From assembly GCA_964549615.1 (NCBI GenBank), contig CAZJVP010000104.1, forward strand, positions 56,985-88,984: DNA of 32,000 nucleotides, written 5' to 3'. Shown one piece after another: positions 1 to 7,929 of the stretch; position 1 is the stretch's first letter, and each line of letters opens with the position of its first letter. The notes under the pieces are model-generated. The model was not told where the DNA came from. It did no database searches and saw nothing but the letters and a program-made list of their open reading frames with translations. The stretch is from an uncultured Thermococci archaeon (GTDB lineage Archaea; CAYQAE01; CAYVLA01). A program made the position numbers and the translations under genes.

Positions 1-418
1 ACTTGACCGTGCCCCCGGGCACCGCGATCTCCTCCCCGTAATCAACGGGGATCGTCATCTCCATTACCCTGTCGACGATGGACTCGTCAAGATCCGACCA
101 AGGGCCCTTCGCGAGATTGAGCGAGTCGATGAAGAGAACCTTGAGTAGCTCCTTGGTGGGCTTGACGCAGTACACCTCGCCTTGAAATCCAGAGTCCACG
201 ATGAAAGGAAGGTACCCTGAGTGATCGAGGTGTGCGTGTGTGATGAAGATCCTGTGTATCTTCCGGGGGTTCGAAACCCGAGGGAAGAAATCGGCCGGCG
301 CGGGGTCAAGCTCCTCGGACATCAGTATGCCGCAATCAAGGAGCATATCGTTGTCAACACCTATGCAGGATCGCCCGACCTCCATCCCGCTCCCATGGAT
401 CTGTACCCTGATCGTCAT
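1..418 (-). CDS. beta-CASP / metallo-beta-lactamase-fold ribonuclease (archaeal CPSF-like), N-terminal 139 codons only; gene continues past the window start
   Basis: Not in the ORF track because it is open at the window edge. My translation of the minus strand from ATG 418-416 gives MTIRVQIHGSGMEVGRSCIGVDNDMLLDCG...RIFITHAHLDHSGYLPFIV... The EVGRSC and HxHxDH motifs are typical of beta-CASP MBL nucleases. The start overlaps the stop of the upstream gene as ATGA (415-418). Confidence 0.75.
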   Translation of the reverse strand, partial: MTIRVQIHGSGMEVGRSCIGVDNDMLLDCGILMSEELDPAPADFFPRVSNPRKIHRIFITHAHLDHSGYLPFIVDSGFQGEVYCVKPTKELLKVLFIDSLNLAKGPWSDLDESIVDRVMEMTIPVDYGEEIAVPGGTVK

Positions 419-954
419 AGGTCAGCGCCTTCTTTCGCTATCAAGGGCTGAAGTCTGCGGTAGACCTTCTCCAACGTGCGGACGTCCGAGACGCAGTGAT
501 CTATGATGCGTTGCTTGGTCTGTCGGCTATGGTTGGCTAGGTAGGTGTTGTAGAGATGCGGTATCTCCCTTCCCGTCAGCGCAGCATTTACCTCGATCCC
601 CAAGACGCTTGCGATATGGTCCAAGCTGAGCTTGTCGAACCTGAGCATCTGTCTGCAGTGCTCGAAGATGTCCACATGGCAACCTGGAGCCAGGCCGAGG
701 TCCTTCGCACCCAAGATGAGCCTGCGAGAGAGTATGAACGGAAGGTCGAAGGACCTGCCGTTGAAGGTCACCAAGACATCGCACCTATTGATCTCGGCGC
801 AGAGCCTGTCCAAGACACGGCCCTCGCTCCCGGGCGAAGGGACGAAGAAGACCGAATCCTTCCCTCGCCTGCGTATGACCGAGCAGACCAACATCCCAGT
901 GTCGGCAGAAAGCGAGGTCGTCTCGATGTCCAGGAAGGACTCGCGCACGCCCAC
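415..954 (-). CDS. RNase H-fold 3'-5' exonuclease (PolB-exonuclease-like, YprB/COG3359-type)
   Basis: 179 aa. FLDIETTS (Exo I DxE), TFNGRSFDLPF (Exo II-like), IIDHCVSDVRTL (Exo III-like). Translationally coupled (ATGA) to the downstream beta-CASP gene. Confidence 0.6.
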   Translation of the reverse strand: MGVRESFLDIETTSLSADTGMLVCSVIRRRGKDSVFFVPSPGSEGRVLDRLCAEINRCDVLVTFNGRSFDLPFILSRRLILGAKDLGLAPGCHVDIFEHCRQMLRFDKLSLDHIASVLGIEVNAALTGREIPHLYNTYLANHSRQTKQRIIDHCVSDVRTLEKVYRRLQPLIAKEGADL

Positions 955-1047
955 CAGAGGCCAGCAACTCTAATAACTATTACGAGGGATGGATCGGGCG
1001 CCGTTTGGCAGAGACCCCGCCGATGAACGATGCGTAGGATTTATTAG

Positions 1048-2490
1048 ATGACCGCCGGTCGAAGACCCAAAGCCGGGGGCGGTAGCGCGTTGGCTGCAAA
1101 GGAGAAGTGCGCAGTATTCTCGGCGTACTCTGCCGACTGCGAGACGATGGTGGCGAAGTCCATATACTGCGGCCTGCTTTCGATGCAGCACAGAGGCCAG
1201 GAGGCGTCGGGGATTTGCACCTACGACACGGAGAAGCTTCGCCTACACCGCGGGCTCGGCCTGGTCAGGGAGGTCTTCGACGACGCCGATCTGCAGGACC
1301 TCTTCGGACACGTTGGAATTGGACATAATCGTTACTCCACAACCGGCGAGGCCTCCCCGGAGAACTGTCATCCCTTCCTCATCAAGGGGACCAAGAACGG
1401 CATAGCGATCGCGCACAACGGCAATCTTGTGAACTCCGAATCGCTCAGATCGTATCTAGCAGGGCGTGGCCACGTTTTCACCTCCTCAACGGACACGGAG
1501 CTCATCGCCCATGTGCTAGCGATAGAGCTGCTGCGCCATGACCTAGAGGAAGCCCTGATCAATACCATGAGGAGGATCAGCGGGGCATACTCGCTCGTCA
1601 TACTGACCGGAAAGGGGGAACTCGCTGCCGTACGGGATCCGCTAGGCTTCCGCCCGCTCTGTCTCGGCTCGTGCGGGGAGACCTACTACGTCGCATCCGA
1701 GTCCGTGGGGGTGGAGGCGGCCGGAGGCGCGTTTGAACGTTCGGTTCAACCGGGCGAGATAGTGCTTTTTGGTGATGGCGGACCCAGAAGCGTGAGGCCG
1801 TTCCGTGAGAGGAAACCGGCTCACTGCATGTTTGAGTACGTTTATTTCTGCCGGCCCGACTCGATCGTCGAGGGAAAGTACGTGCTGCATGTGAGGGAGA
1901 GAATCGGCAGGATTCTCGCTAGAGAACATCCCGTGCAGGCCGACGTGGTCGTCCCGGTCCCAGACTCGGCGAGGACGGCGGCGGCTGGTTTCTCCGAGGA
2001 ATCCGGCATCCGCGCGGTCGAGGGGATTTTCAAGAACCGTTACATAGGGCGCACATTCATCATGCCGGATCAACCGATGCGCGAGGAGGCGGTCAGGCTG
2101 AAGATGGCCGCGGTCCGACCCCTCATCGAGGGAAAGAGGGTGGTTCTGATGGACGACAGCATTGTGAGGGGAACGACGACGCGTCAGATCGTCGAGATCC
2201 TCAGGAGAGCTGGGGCCCGGCAGGTTCACGTCAGGATCGGCTGTCCGCCGCTGAAGTGGCCCTGTTTCATGGGCATAGATATGGCGAGCAGAGACGAACT
2301 TGTGGCTTCCAAGCGTAGCGTGGAGTCCATACGGAGGAAGCTGAAGGCGGACTCGCTTGGATACCTAAGCATCGAGGGCCTCGTGCAAGCCATTGGGCTT
2401 GGGAAGGACAGCCTCTGCTTGGCCTGTCTTACGGGCCAGTATCCCGTCAAGATCGAGGATGAACGATACAAGCAGGCGCTGACTTCATAG
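1048..2490 (+). CDS. purF: amidophosphoribosyltransferase (glutamine PRPP amidotransferase)
   Basis: 480 aa. Ntn-type catalytic Cys in ...EKC/AVFSAY, followed by LSMQHRGQEASGI. PRTase loop VVLMDDSIVRGTT. C-terminal Cys residues (CFMGID, CLACLTGQYP) are consistent with the Fe-S type. The start is uncertain: ATG 1048 or in-frame TTG 1090, both leaving a short propeptide before the Cys codon at 1108. Confidence 0.9.
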   Translation: MTAGRRPKAGGGSALAAKEKCAVFSAYSADCETMVAKSIYCGLLSMQHRGQEASGICTYDTEKLRLHRGLGLVREVFDDADLQDLFGHVGIGHNRYSTTGEASPENCHPFLIKGTKNGIAIAHNGNLVNSESLRSYLAGRGHVFTSSTDTELIAHVLAIELLRHDLEEALINTMRRISGAYSLVILTGKGELAAVRDPLGFRPLCLGSCGETYYVASESVGVEAAGGAFERSVQPGEIVLFGDGGPRSVRPFRERKPAHCMFEYVYFCRPDSIVEGKYVLHVRERIGRILAREHPVQADVVVPVPDSARTAAAGFSEESGIRAVEGIFKNRYIGRTFIMPDQPMREEAVRLKMAAVRPLIEGKRVVLMDDSIVRGTTTRQIVEILRRAGARQVHVRIGCPPLKWPCFMGIDMASRDELVASKRSVESIRRKLKADSLGYLSIEGLVQAIGLGKDSLCLACLTGQYPVKIEDERYKQALTS

Positions 2491-2498
2491 GTGGTCGG

Positions 2499-3851
2499 AT
2501 GCAGAAGGTGTTGGTCGTGGGAAACGGGGCTAGGGAGCATGCGATCGCTGAGGCCCTGGCCCGAAGTCCTCAGAAACCAGAGCTGTACTGCTACGTCACG
2601 GCCCGGAACCCGGGGATCCTACGCATCGCACGGGGATACCAGATCGGGGACATTAGAAAAGGAAGTGAGGTGGCTTCCTATGCGAGCCGCATGGGCATAG
2701 ACATCGCGGTAATCGGGCCCGAGGGTCCGCTGGAGGCCGGCGTGGTGGACGATCTGGAGAGCGCAGGGATAGTGTGTGCAAGCCCATCGAGGAAGGCGGC
2801 AGAGATAGAAACTAGCAAGCTCTTCGCAAGGTGGCTGATGGACAAGTACAGGATTCCGGGGAGGAAGGAGTGGAGGGCATTTGAGGATCCCCGGGAGGCA
2901 GAGAAGTTCATCGACGAGATGGCCAGGCCCGTTGTCGTTAAGCCAATAGGTCTGACCGGCGGGAAAGGGGTGAAGATAGTCGATCCGAGGGTGTCCGGAC
3001 AGCTCAAGGATCTAGAGGAGGCCAAGGCGTACGCGAGGAAGGTAATCGAGGAAAGGATAGGAGGCGCGGCGAAGGTCTTGGTCGAGGACCTTCTCATCGG
3101 CGAGGAGTTCACGCTGCAGGCCTTCGTCGACGGCAAGCACCTGGTGCCAACCCCGATCGTGCAAGACAACAAGTTCGCCTACGAGGGTGACACGGGTCCT
3201 TTCACCGGGAGCATGGGGTCGTTCTCGGACAGCAATCACCTGTTGCCTTTCATGACGGCAATGGACTTTTACGCCGCGCTGCAGGTGATGGAGAGGACCG
3301 TGGAAGCGCTCAGGAAAGAGGGCCTGCGGTACAAGGGTGCTCTGTACGGCGGATTCATCCTGACGGCGGAGACCCCCAAGGTTCTGGAGTTCAACGCCAG
3401 ATGGGGCGACCCTGAGGTCATCAATGTGCTGCCCCTTTTCGAAGGGGACTTCTTGGATGCCTGCTGGGCAATGGCGGAGGGCAAGCTGCGCAAGTTGGTT
3501 CCGAGCTTTAAGAACAAGGCGACGGTCTGCAAGTACGTCGCGCCCCAGGGCTACCCGATCGATCCGGTGAAGGGCGGCAAGGTGGAAATTGGCGACCTGG
3601 GAAGTTCCAAGGCCCTCATCCACTTCGCCTCCGTCGACGAACGCGATGGAGAGATCTTCATGAGCAGCTCTAGGGCCTTGACCTGTACCGGCATAGCCGA
3701 CACCATGGTCGAGGCGGAGAGGATCGCCGAGGACGCCATATCGAGGATCAGAGGCCCCGTGTTCCACAGGCCGGACATAGGCACCAAGCGCCTCCTGGAG
3801 AAGAGGGTCTCCCACATGAATCGGATCAGGCGTGGACGGGCCAATGGTTGA
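2499..3851 (+). CDS. purD: phosphoribosylamine--glycine ligase (GAR synthetase)
   Basis: 450 aa. N-terminus MQKVLVVGNGAREHAIAEAL, ATP-grasp core (VVVKPIGLTGGKGV), EFNARWGDPE motif. Begins 9 nt after the purF stop. Confidence 0.92.
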   Translation: MQKVLVVGNGAREHAIAEALARSPQKPELYCYVTARNPGILRIARGYQIGDIRKGSEVASYASRMGIDIAVIGPEGPLEAGVVDDLESAGIVCASPSRKAAEIETSKLFARWLMDKYRIPGRKEWRAFEDPREAEKFIDEMARPVVVKPIGLTGGKGVKIVDPRVSGQLKDLEEAKAYARKVIEERIGGAAKVLVEDLLIGEEFTLQAFVDGKHLVPTPIVQDNKFAYEGDTGPFTGSMGSFSDSNHLLPFMTAMDFYAALQVMERTVEALRKEGLRYKGALYGGFILTAETPKVLEFNARWGDPEVINVLPLFEGDFLDACWAMAEGKLRKLVPSFKNKATVCKYVAPQGYPIDPVKGGKVEIGDLGSSKALIHFASVDERDGEIFMSSSRALTCTGIADTMVEAERIAEDAISRIRGPVFHRPDIGTKRLLEKRVSHMNRIRRGRANG

Positions 3852-4935
3852 ATCGGACCTTGAAGGGCCATGGGTGAAGGCTGACCATGCCTTCGATTCG
3901 GTTGCGAAAGCGGTGCCTAATGGGGATCGCGTCTTCCAGGTCATATCCTCCTACGATGACGTGCGGTTCTTGGTCGAGAAGGCGCCGGGGTACGAGGCAG
4001 GCGATACTCTCAAGCTCATAGCGCCACTTCTCGTTGCGCATGGAGCCGACGAACGATTCCTAAGGCAAGTCGCCGCCTCGCCCGACAATACTACCGTGAT
4101 CCCCGGGGCAAGGGAGGCGATACGCTACATCAGGCGCAGCGACCCCTTCTATCTCATATCCACATCCTATGAGCAGTACGTCAACTTCATCTGCTCCTTC
4201 CTCGGAGTGCCGAGAAGGAATGCATTCTGCACGAGCTTTCCAATCGATCGCCTCTCGGCGGGCATCCGGGAGAAAGATATCCGCATGGTCAAGGATTGGA
4301 CGCGCAGGATAGCCGCGATGCCGCTCATCGCAGTGGATGATTCAGGGATGTTGGTGGATTCCTGCCGGGAGGCGAAGGAAGCTCTGGACGAGTTCTTCTG
4401 GAAGATTCTCCCCGAGAGTTCGTTCGCGCAACTGATGCAAGCGGTGAAACCGGTGGGGGGAACCAGGAAGTATGAGGCTCTCCTCAGGGCTCTGTCCCGG
4501 GAAGGAAGGTCGCTGGCCGAATCGAAGGTCATCGGCGACAGCATCACCGACAGCGTCATGCTTTCCAGGGCAAGGGACGCCGGGGGCCTCGCTGTTTCTT
4601 TCAACGGCAACAGATACTCAATCCGGAATTCGAACGTCGCGGTGGTTTCCGGAAACTGCTGGGCGACGGCGGCCGTGCTTGAGCTATACGGGATCGGCGG
4701 GCACGAAGCGGTGAGGGAGGCGGCGTGCGAATGGGATTTGGGGGTCTTCGGTCGGTTGGAGTCCCGGGGCCTCTTGACGGCCGATCTGGCAAAGGAGCTT
4801 CGAATGGCGTTCCCCTCGGCAGAGTCCTTTCCAAGGCTCTACTGGCTGCAGGACGCTGATGTGGAAGCTGTCATCGCCGAGAGCGAGACCTTTAGAAAGA
4901 AGATCCGTGGGACCAGCATAGGTGCGCTGGGCTAG
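3832..4935 (+). CDS. HAD-superfamily-like protein of unknown function (possibly EhaR-like)
   Basis: 367 aa, or 363 aa from ATG 3844. HAD-like motif series: DLEGP (DxE in place of DxD), LISTS, GGTRK, GDSITD. Overlaps the purD 3' end by 8-20 nt, so probably co-transcribed. The EhaR resemblance is from memory of a DCEGP-type N-terminus and is not verified. Confidence 0.5.
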   Translation: MDGPMVESDLEGPWVKADHAFDSVAKAVPNGDRVFQVISSYDDVRFLVEKAPGYEAGDTLKLIAPLLVAHGADERFLRQVAASPDNTTVIPGAREAIRYIRRSDPFYLISTSYEQYVNFICSFLGVPRRNAFCTSFPIDRLSAGIREKDIRMVKDWTRRIAAMPLIAVDDSGMLVDSCREAKEALDEFFWKILPESSFAQLMQAVKPVGGTRKYEALLRALSREGRSLAESKVIGDSITDSVMLSRARDAGGLAVSFNGNRYSIRNSNVAVVSGNCWATAAVLELYGIGGHEAVREAACEWDLGVFGRLESRGLLTADLAKELRMAFPSAESFPRLYWLQDADVEAVIAESETFRKKIRGTSIGALG

Positions 4936-5846
4936 CACCCATCGGCGAGCTCTTCGAGCTGCTTTCTGGTCGGGAGGCCGGCCCGGGCTCCCAACTTCTG
5001 GACGCAGAACCAGGCAACCTTGGCCCCGATCCTGCCGCAGTCGGCCAAGCTCATTCCAGTCATCAACCCGTAGATGAACCCAGCGTTGAAGGCGTCGCCT
5101 GCGCCGGTTGTGTCCACCCCCCTGCCTCCGTAGGCAGGGACCCTTTCCTTGATGGTTCCGTCGGTGATGTAGCATCCCTTGAGCCCCATCTTGACCGCAA
5201 CCGCTCTTGCCCCCATCCTCAGCAGTTTTCTTGCACCCTCTGCTGGAGCTAGCCCGGTCATTAGCCGAAGCTCCCTTTGGTTGGGAAGGACGACCGCACA
5301 TTTCTCAATTATGGGCTTCAGAGCAGCCAGTCCCCTTTCGGCGTAAAGTTGGCCTGGGTCCAGGCTCAGTGGGATTTCGATTTCCTGCGCAATGGCAAGC
5401 TGGGTTCGAAGCGAGAGGTCGGTCGATTTGCAGACGAAGGAGGTCATGTGGAGCAGGTCAAAGCTCGCGAGGTACGCCAGATCCACGTCCTGCAGCGAGA
5501 TGCAGTCGTTCACTCCGGGGTCGATGAGGAGGGCCCTTTGGCCTTGCCTGTCCACAAGGGACAGCCCGGCTCCCGTCCTGCCCTCGCAGACAACGATGCC
5601 GCTTGTTTCCACGCCCTCGGCCGCAAGATCCCTAAGCATGGCAGAGCCCTCTGGATCTCTTCCAACTTTGCCCACATAACCGGTGCGCATGCCAAGCCGG
5701 GAAAGGCCGACGATGGTATTTGCGGCCGATCCCCCGGGGTGCCACTCCACGGAGAGCACGAAACCTTCCTCCTCCGCCGACGGTATCTTGTCGACCAACG
5801 CGATCTTGTCCATGTTCAGCGCGCCAAACCCCACTACGCCAGGCAC
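4932..5846 (-). CDS. PfkB-family carbohydrate/nucleoside kinase (ribokinase-like)
   Basis: 304 aa. N-terminal GxGxxNxD-like segment (VGFGALNMDKI), and a C-terminal DTTGAGDAFNAGFIYG anion-hole/catalytic motif. Its stop overlaps the convergent HAD-like gene stop in CTAG (4932-4935). Confidence 0.8.
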   Translation of the reverse strand: MPGVVGFGALNMDKIALVDKIPSAEEEGFVLSVEWHPGGSAANTIVGLSRLGMRTGYVGKVGRDPEGSAMLRDLAAEGVETSGIVVCEGRTGAGLSLVDRQGQRALLIDPGVNDCISLQDVDLAYLASFDLLHMTSFVCKSTDLSLRTQLAIAQEIEIPLSLDPGQLYAERGLAALKPIIEKCAVVLPNQRELRLMTGLAPAEGARKLLRMGARAVAVKMGLKGCYITDGTIKERVPAYGGRGVDTTGAGDAFNAGFIYGLMTGMSLADCGRIGAKVAWFCVQKLGARAGLPTRKQLEELADGC

Positions 5847-5867
5847 GGTCCCCCGTGAGGGAGAGGT

Positions 5868-6000
5868 CTCTTATAGCTTCTTGTTGGTAATGGGCAAATC
5901 CGTCAACATTTTTCTGTAACACTTTTCCCGGCTCTAGCGAAATATTTATATTCTCTTAGCAAAAGATTGAACAGCGCCGAAGTATTATACAATAATATGC
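5868..6000. promoter_or_regulatory. AT-rich divergent promoter region with several TATA-like boxes
   Basis: The most AT-rich stretch in the window. TTATAG at 5871-5876 (minus-strand CTATAA) lies about 25-30 nt upstream of the pfkB ATG at 5846, which suggests a leaderless transcript. cGAAATATTTATA at 5938-5950 looks like BRE plus TATA. The palindrome TATTAT-aca-ATAATA at 5983-5997 lies about 40 nt upstream of ATG 6035. Confidence 0.45.
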
Positions 6001-6034
6001 AATACCATCCTCGGACGGTTACGAGGCGACCGAT

Positions 6035-6664
6035 ATGCTGGGCATGGGTAAGGAGAGCAGGACTGCGGACGACTTGACGAAGAGAGTCGCTCCACCCAAG
6101 AAAAAGGAGGATGTGCCGATGGCATCGGAGAAACCCATCTCGTCGGAAAGGGAAGGTACAACCTTCATCTCCGAGATCGACAAGGAGTACATAAAGGCGC
6201 TCATCAAGCTCAACTACGCCGAAGAGGCACGCAGGCTAGTGGACGAGGCTTACGCAAAGATGAAGAGGGAGCCGGACAGCCTTCTTACCGAGTCGGAAAG
6301 CCAGGAACTAAGAAGGCTGATCGAAGCCGGGAATACACAGAGAGCCGCCGAGCTGCTGGAAGAAGCGTACGAGAGGGCTAGGAAGTTCCAGGAGAGCTTT
6401 CTCACCCCAGTGGACAAGGAGTACATCGACCTCCTGCAAGAGATGGGGGAAAGGGAAAAGGCAAAGATGGTCCTCGACAAGGCCAAGGCGGCGTTCGAAG
6501 AGAGGAAGAAGGAAGGAGAACTACATCTCCTGACCAAGATCGACCAGGAGTACGTGGACTACCTCATGGAGATCGGCCAGAGGGAGAAGGCTCGGTCGCT
6601 GGTTGACAGCATCTACATGAGCAGGAGAACGGAGAACGAGGTCCTCGCAGACTTCATGGCCTAG
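6035..6664 (+). CDS. hypothetical charged alpha-helical protein with four tandem ~39-43-aa repeats
   Basis: 209 aa. Repeat units start at F44, L83, F122 and L165. Consensus is roughly hLTxhDxEYhxxLhExGxxExAxxLhDxAY, for example FLTPVDKEYIDLLQEMGEREKAKMVLDKAKAAF and LLTKIDQEYVDYLMEIGQREKARSLVDSIY. Confidence 0.7.
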   Translation: MLGMGKESRTADDLTKRVAPPKKKEDVPMASEKPISSEREGTTFISEIDKEYIKALIKLNYAEEARRLVDEAYAKMKREPDSLLTESESQELRRLIEAGNTQRAAELLEEAYERARKFQESFLTPVDKEYIDLLQEMGEREKAKMVLDKAKAAFEERKKEGELHLLTKIDQEYVDYLMEIGQREKARSLVDSIYMSRRTENEVLADFMA

Positions 6665-6685
6665 CTCCAGAGCCCACTCTCAGGC

Positions 6686-7918
6686 CTAAGTCACATAGAT
6701 GGGGTTGCTGTAGATCCACGGTCTGGGCTCGCCGACAAGCTCAACATAGGCCTCCAGGCGGTAGGGCCCCGGTAGCTTGGGCCTGTACTCGAGCGCGTCG
6801 GACTTGGCGCTTGCAACTAGCTGGCCGTGCCTTTTCAGCATCAGTTCGGCCGGCGCCGGCAGGTTCGCAAACAGGGTGGGCTTCTCCCCTGCAGCCACGC
6901 TGTCGCCCATGAGGCCACGGTCGCGGTCAGTCTCCCATCTGAAGGAGAACCCCGTCGGATTTGCGAGCCAATCGAACGCGACGTAGCACCTCCCGTTCGA
7001 GAGACACTCCATGATCGCGGCTCGGTTCAACCGATCGAGGAGGAGATGGGTTCCAACATGGCGGAAGCTCGCTTCGTAGTTGTCCGGCCTGAAGGTGATT
7101 CCCCCACCAGGTATGCGGCGCGCGACCTCGGCGCTTGAAGGCAGCGTCGCGATCCTCCTTCCCGAGAAATCTTGGATCTGGAGATCTCCGACCTCATTGG
7201 CACGCAGATGGAACGTGTAGTTTGCGTGACTGTCGTTGGCGCCGATGCCCGTGGTCCTTGAGCTGCGCAGCATCCGATCCCAGCCGCGCAGATAGATATG
7301 CGGGGTCTCGCATATCGCTGACAGTCCGATGTCGGGATGAAGGGAGATTGCCAGAAGGGTCTCCACCAGCTTTTCCAACCCCGGTGCCGAGTCCGGCCTG
7401 AAGACCTCGGAGAGGCGTTTCTGAAGCTTGAAGGAAGCGTGTGCGTTGTAGATCTCCGTGCCGGTGAGACCCTCCAATTCCCAATCCTCCCGTTCCTCCA
7501 GGTGGGAAAGGAAGGTCATTCCGCCCTTCTCCTGCGCCTGCACGATCATCTCCCTCTGGGTGACGGAGTAGTCGAGTCTTCCCTCGGTGAAGAAGACCAG
7601 CAGATGCCCGGTCTCGGCGCCGGGCACGAGGAGAACACCTCGCTTTCTTCCACTGAAACCGTCGGCTATCACGTCCAAATCTGAGCGCGGATGCTCGGTG
7701 ATCATGACGAGCTCTGTGTCCGTCGCCCTTGCGGCATCCGTTATCTCGTCCAGGGACCCTCTGCTATCGTGCGACAGGGCTGAGTGGCAGTGAACGACGG
7801 CCCTCCTGTCCGCGGGCTGGCCGGCCAAGGGTGGCCTGCGGAGCTGGGAACGTATCGCGTCCAGACCCATTTCGACGCGTTCGAGGTATTCCTCTGCGAG
7901 CCGGTCCAGGGCGTCCAA
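6686..7918 (-). CDS. PHP/CehA-like metal-dependent phosphoesterase/hydrolase
   Basis: 410 aa. AVVHCHSALSHDS (HxH...H), VMITEHP, GANDSHANY. These match PHP-superfamily metal-ligand motifs. Confidence 0.6.
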   Translation of the reverse strand: MDALDRLAEEYLERVEMGLDAIRSQLRRPPLAGQPADRRAVVHCHSALSHDSRGSLDEITDAARATDTELVMITEHPRSDLDVIADGFSGRKRGVLLVPGAETGHLLVFFTEGRLDYSVTQREMIVQAQEKGGMTFLSHLEEREDWELEGLTGTEIYNAHASFKLQKRLSEVFRPDSAPGLEKLVETLLAISLHPDIGLSAICETPHIYLRGWDRMLRSSRTTGIGANDSHANYTFHLRANEVGDLQIQDFSGRRIATLPSSAEVARRIPGGGITFRPDNYEASFRHVGTHLLLDRLNRAAIMECLSNGRCYVAFDWLANPTGFSFRWETDRDRGLMGDSVAAGEKPTLFANLPAPAELMLKRHGQLVASAKSDALEYRPKLPGPYRLEAYVELVGEPRPWIYSNPIYVT

Positions 7919-7929
7919 GGATCGATCCC

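Noticed and set aside
266-279. GGGGGTTCGAAACCC, which resembles a tRNA T-arm/T-loop.
   Set aside because: It lies inside the beta-CASP coding frame (encoding ...PRVSNPRK... on the minus strand). No acceptor, D or anticodon arms can be built around it.
3012-3944. 310-aa minus-strand ORF, and similar long shadow ORFs (for example 11656-12411 plus, 1642-2229 minus, 4684-5301 minus, 5277-5858 plus).
   Set aside because: Each lies fully inside a well-supported gene on the other strand or in another frame (purD, porA, purF, pfkB), and each has low-complexity Arg/Pro/Gly-rich translations.
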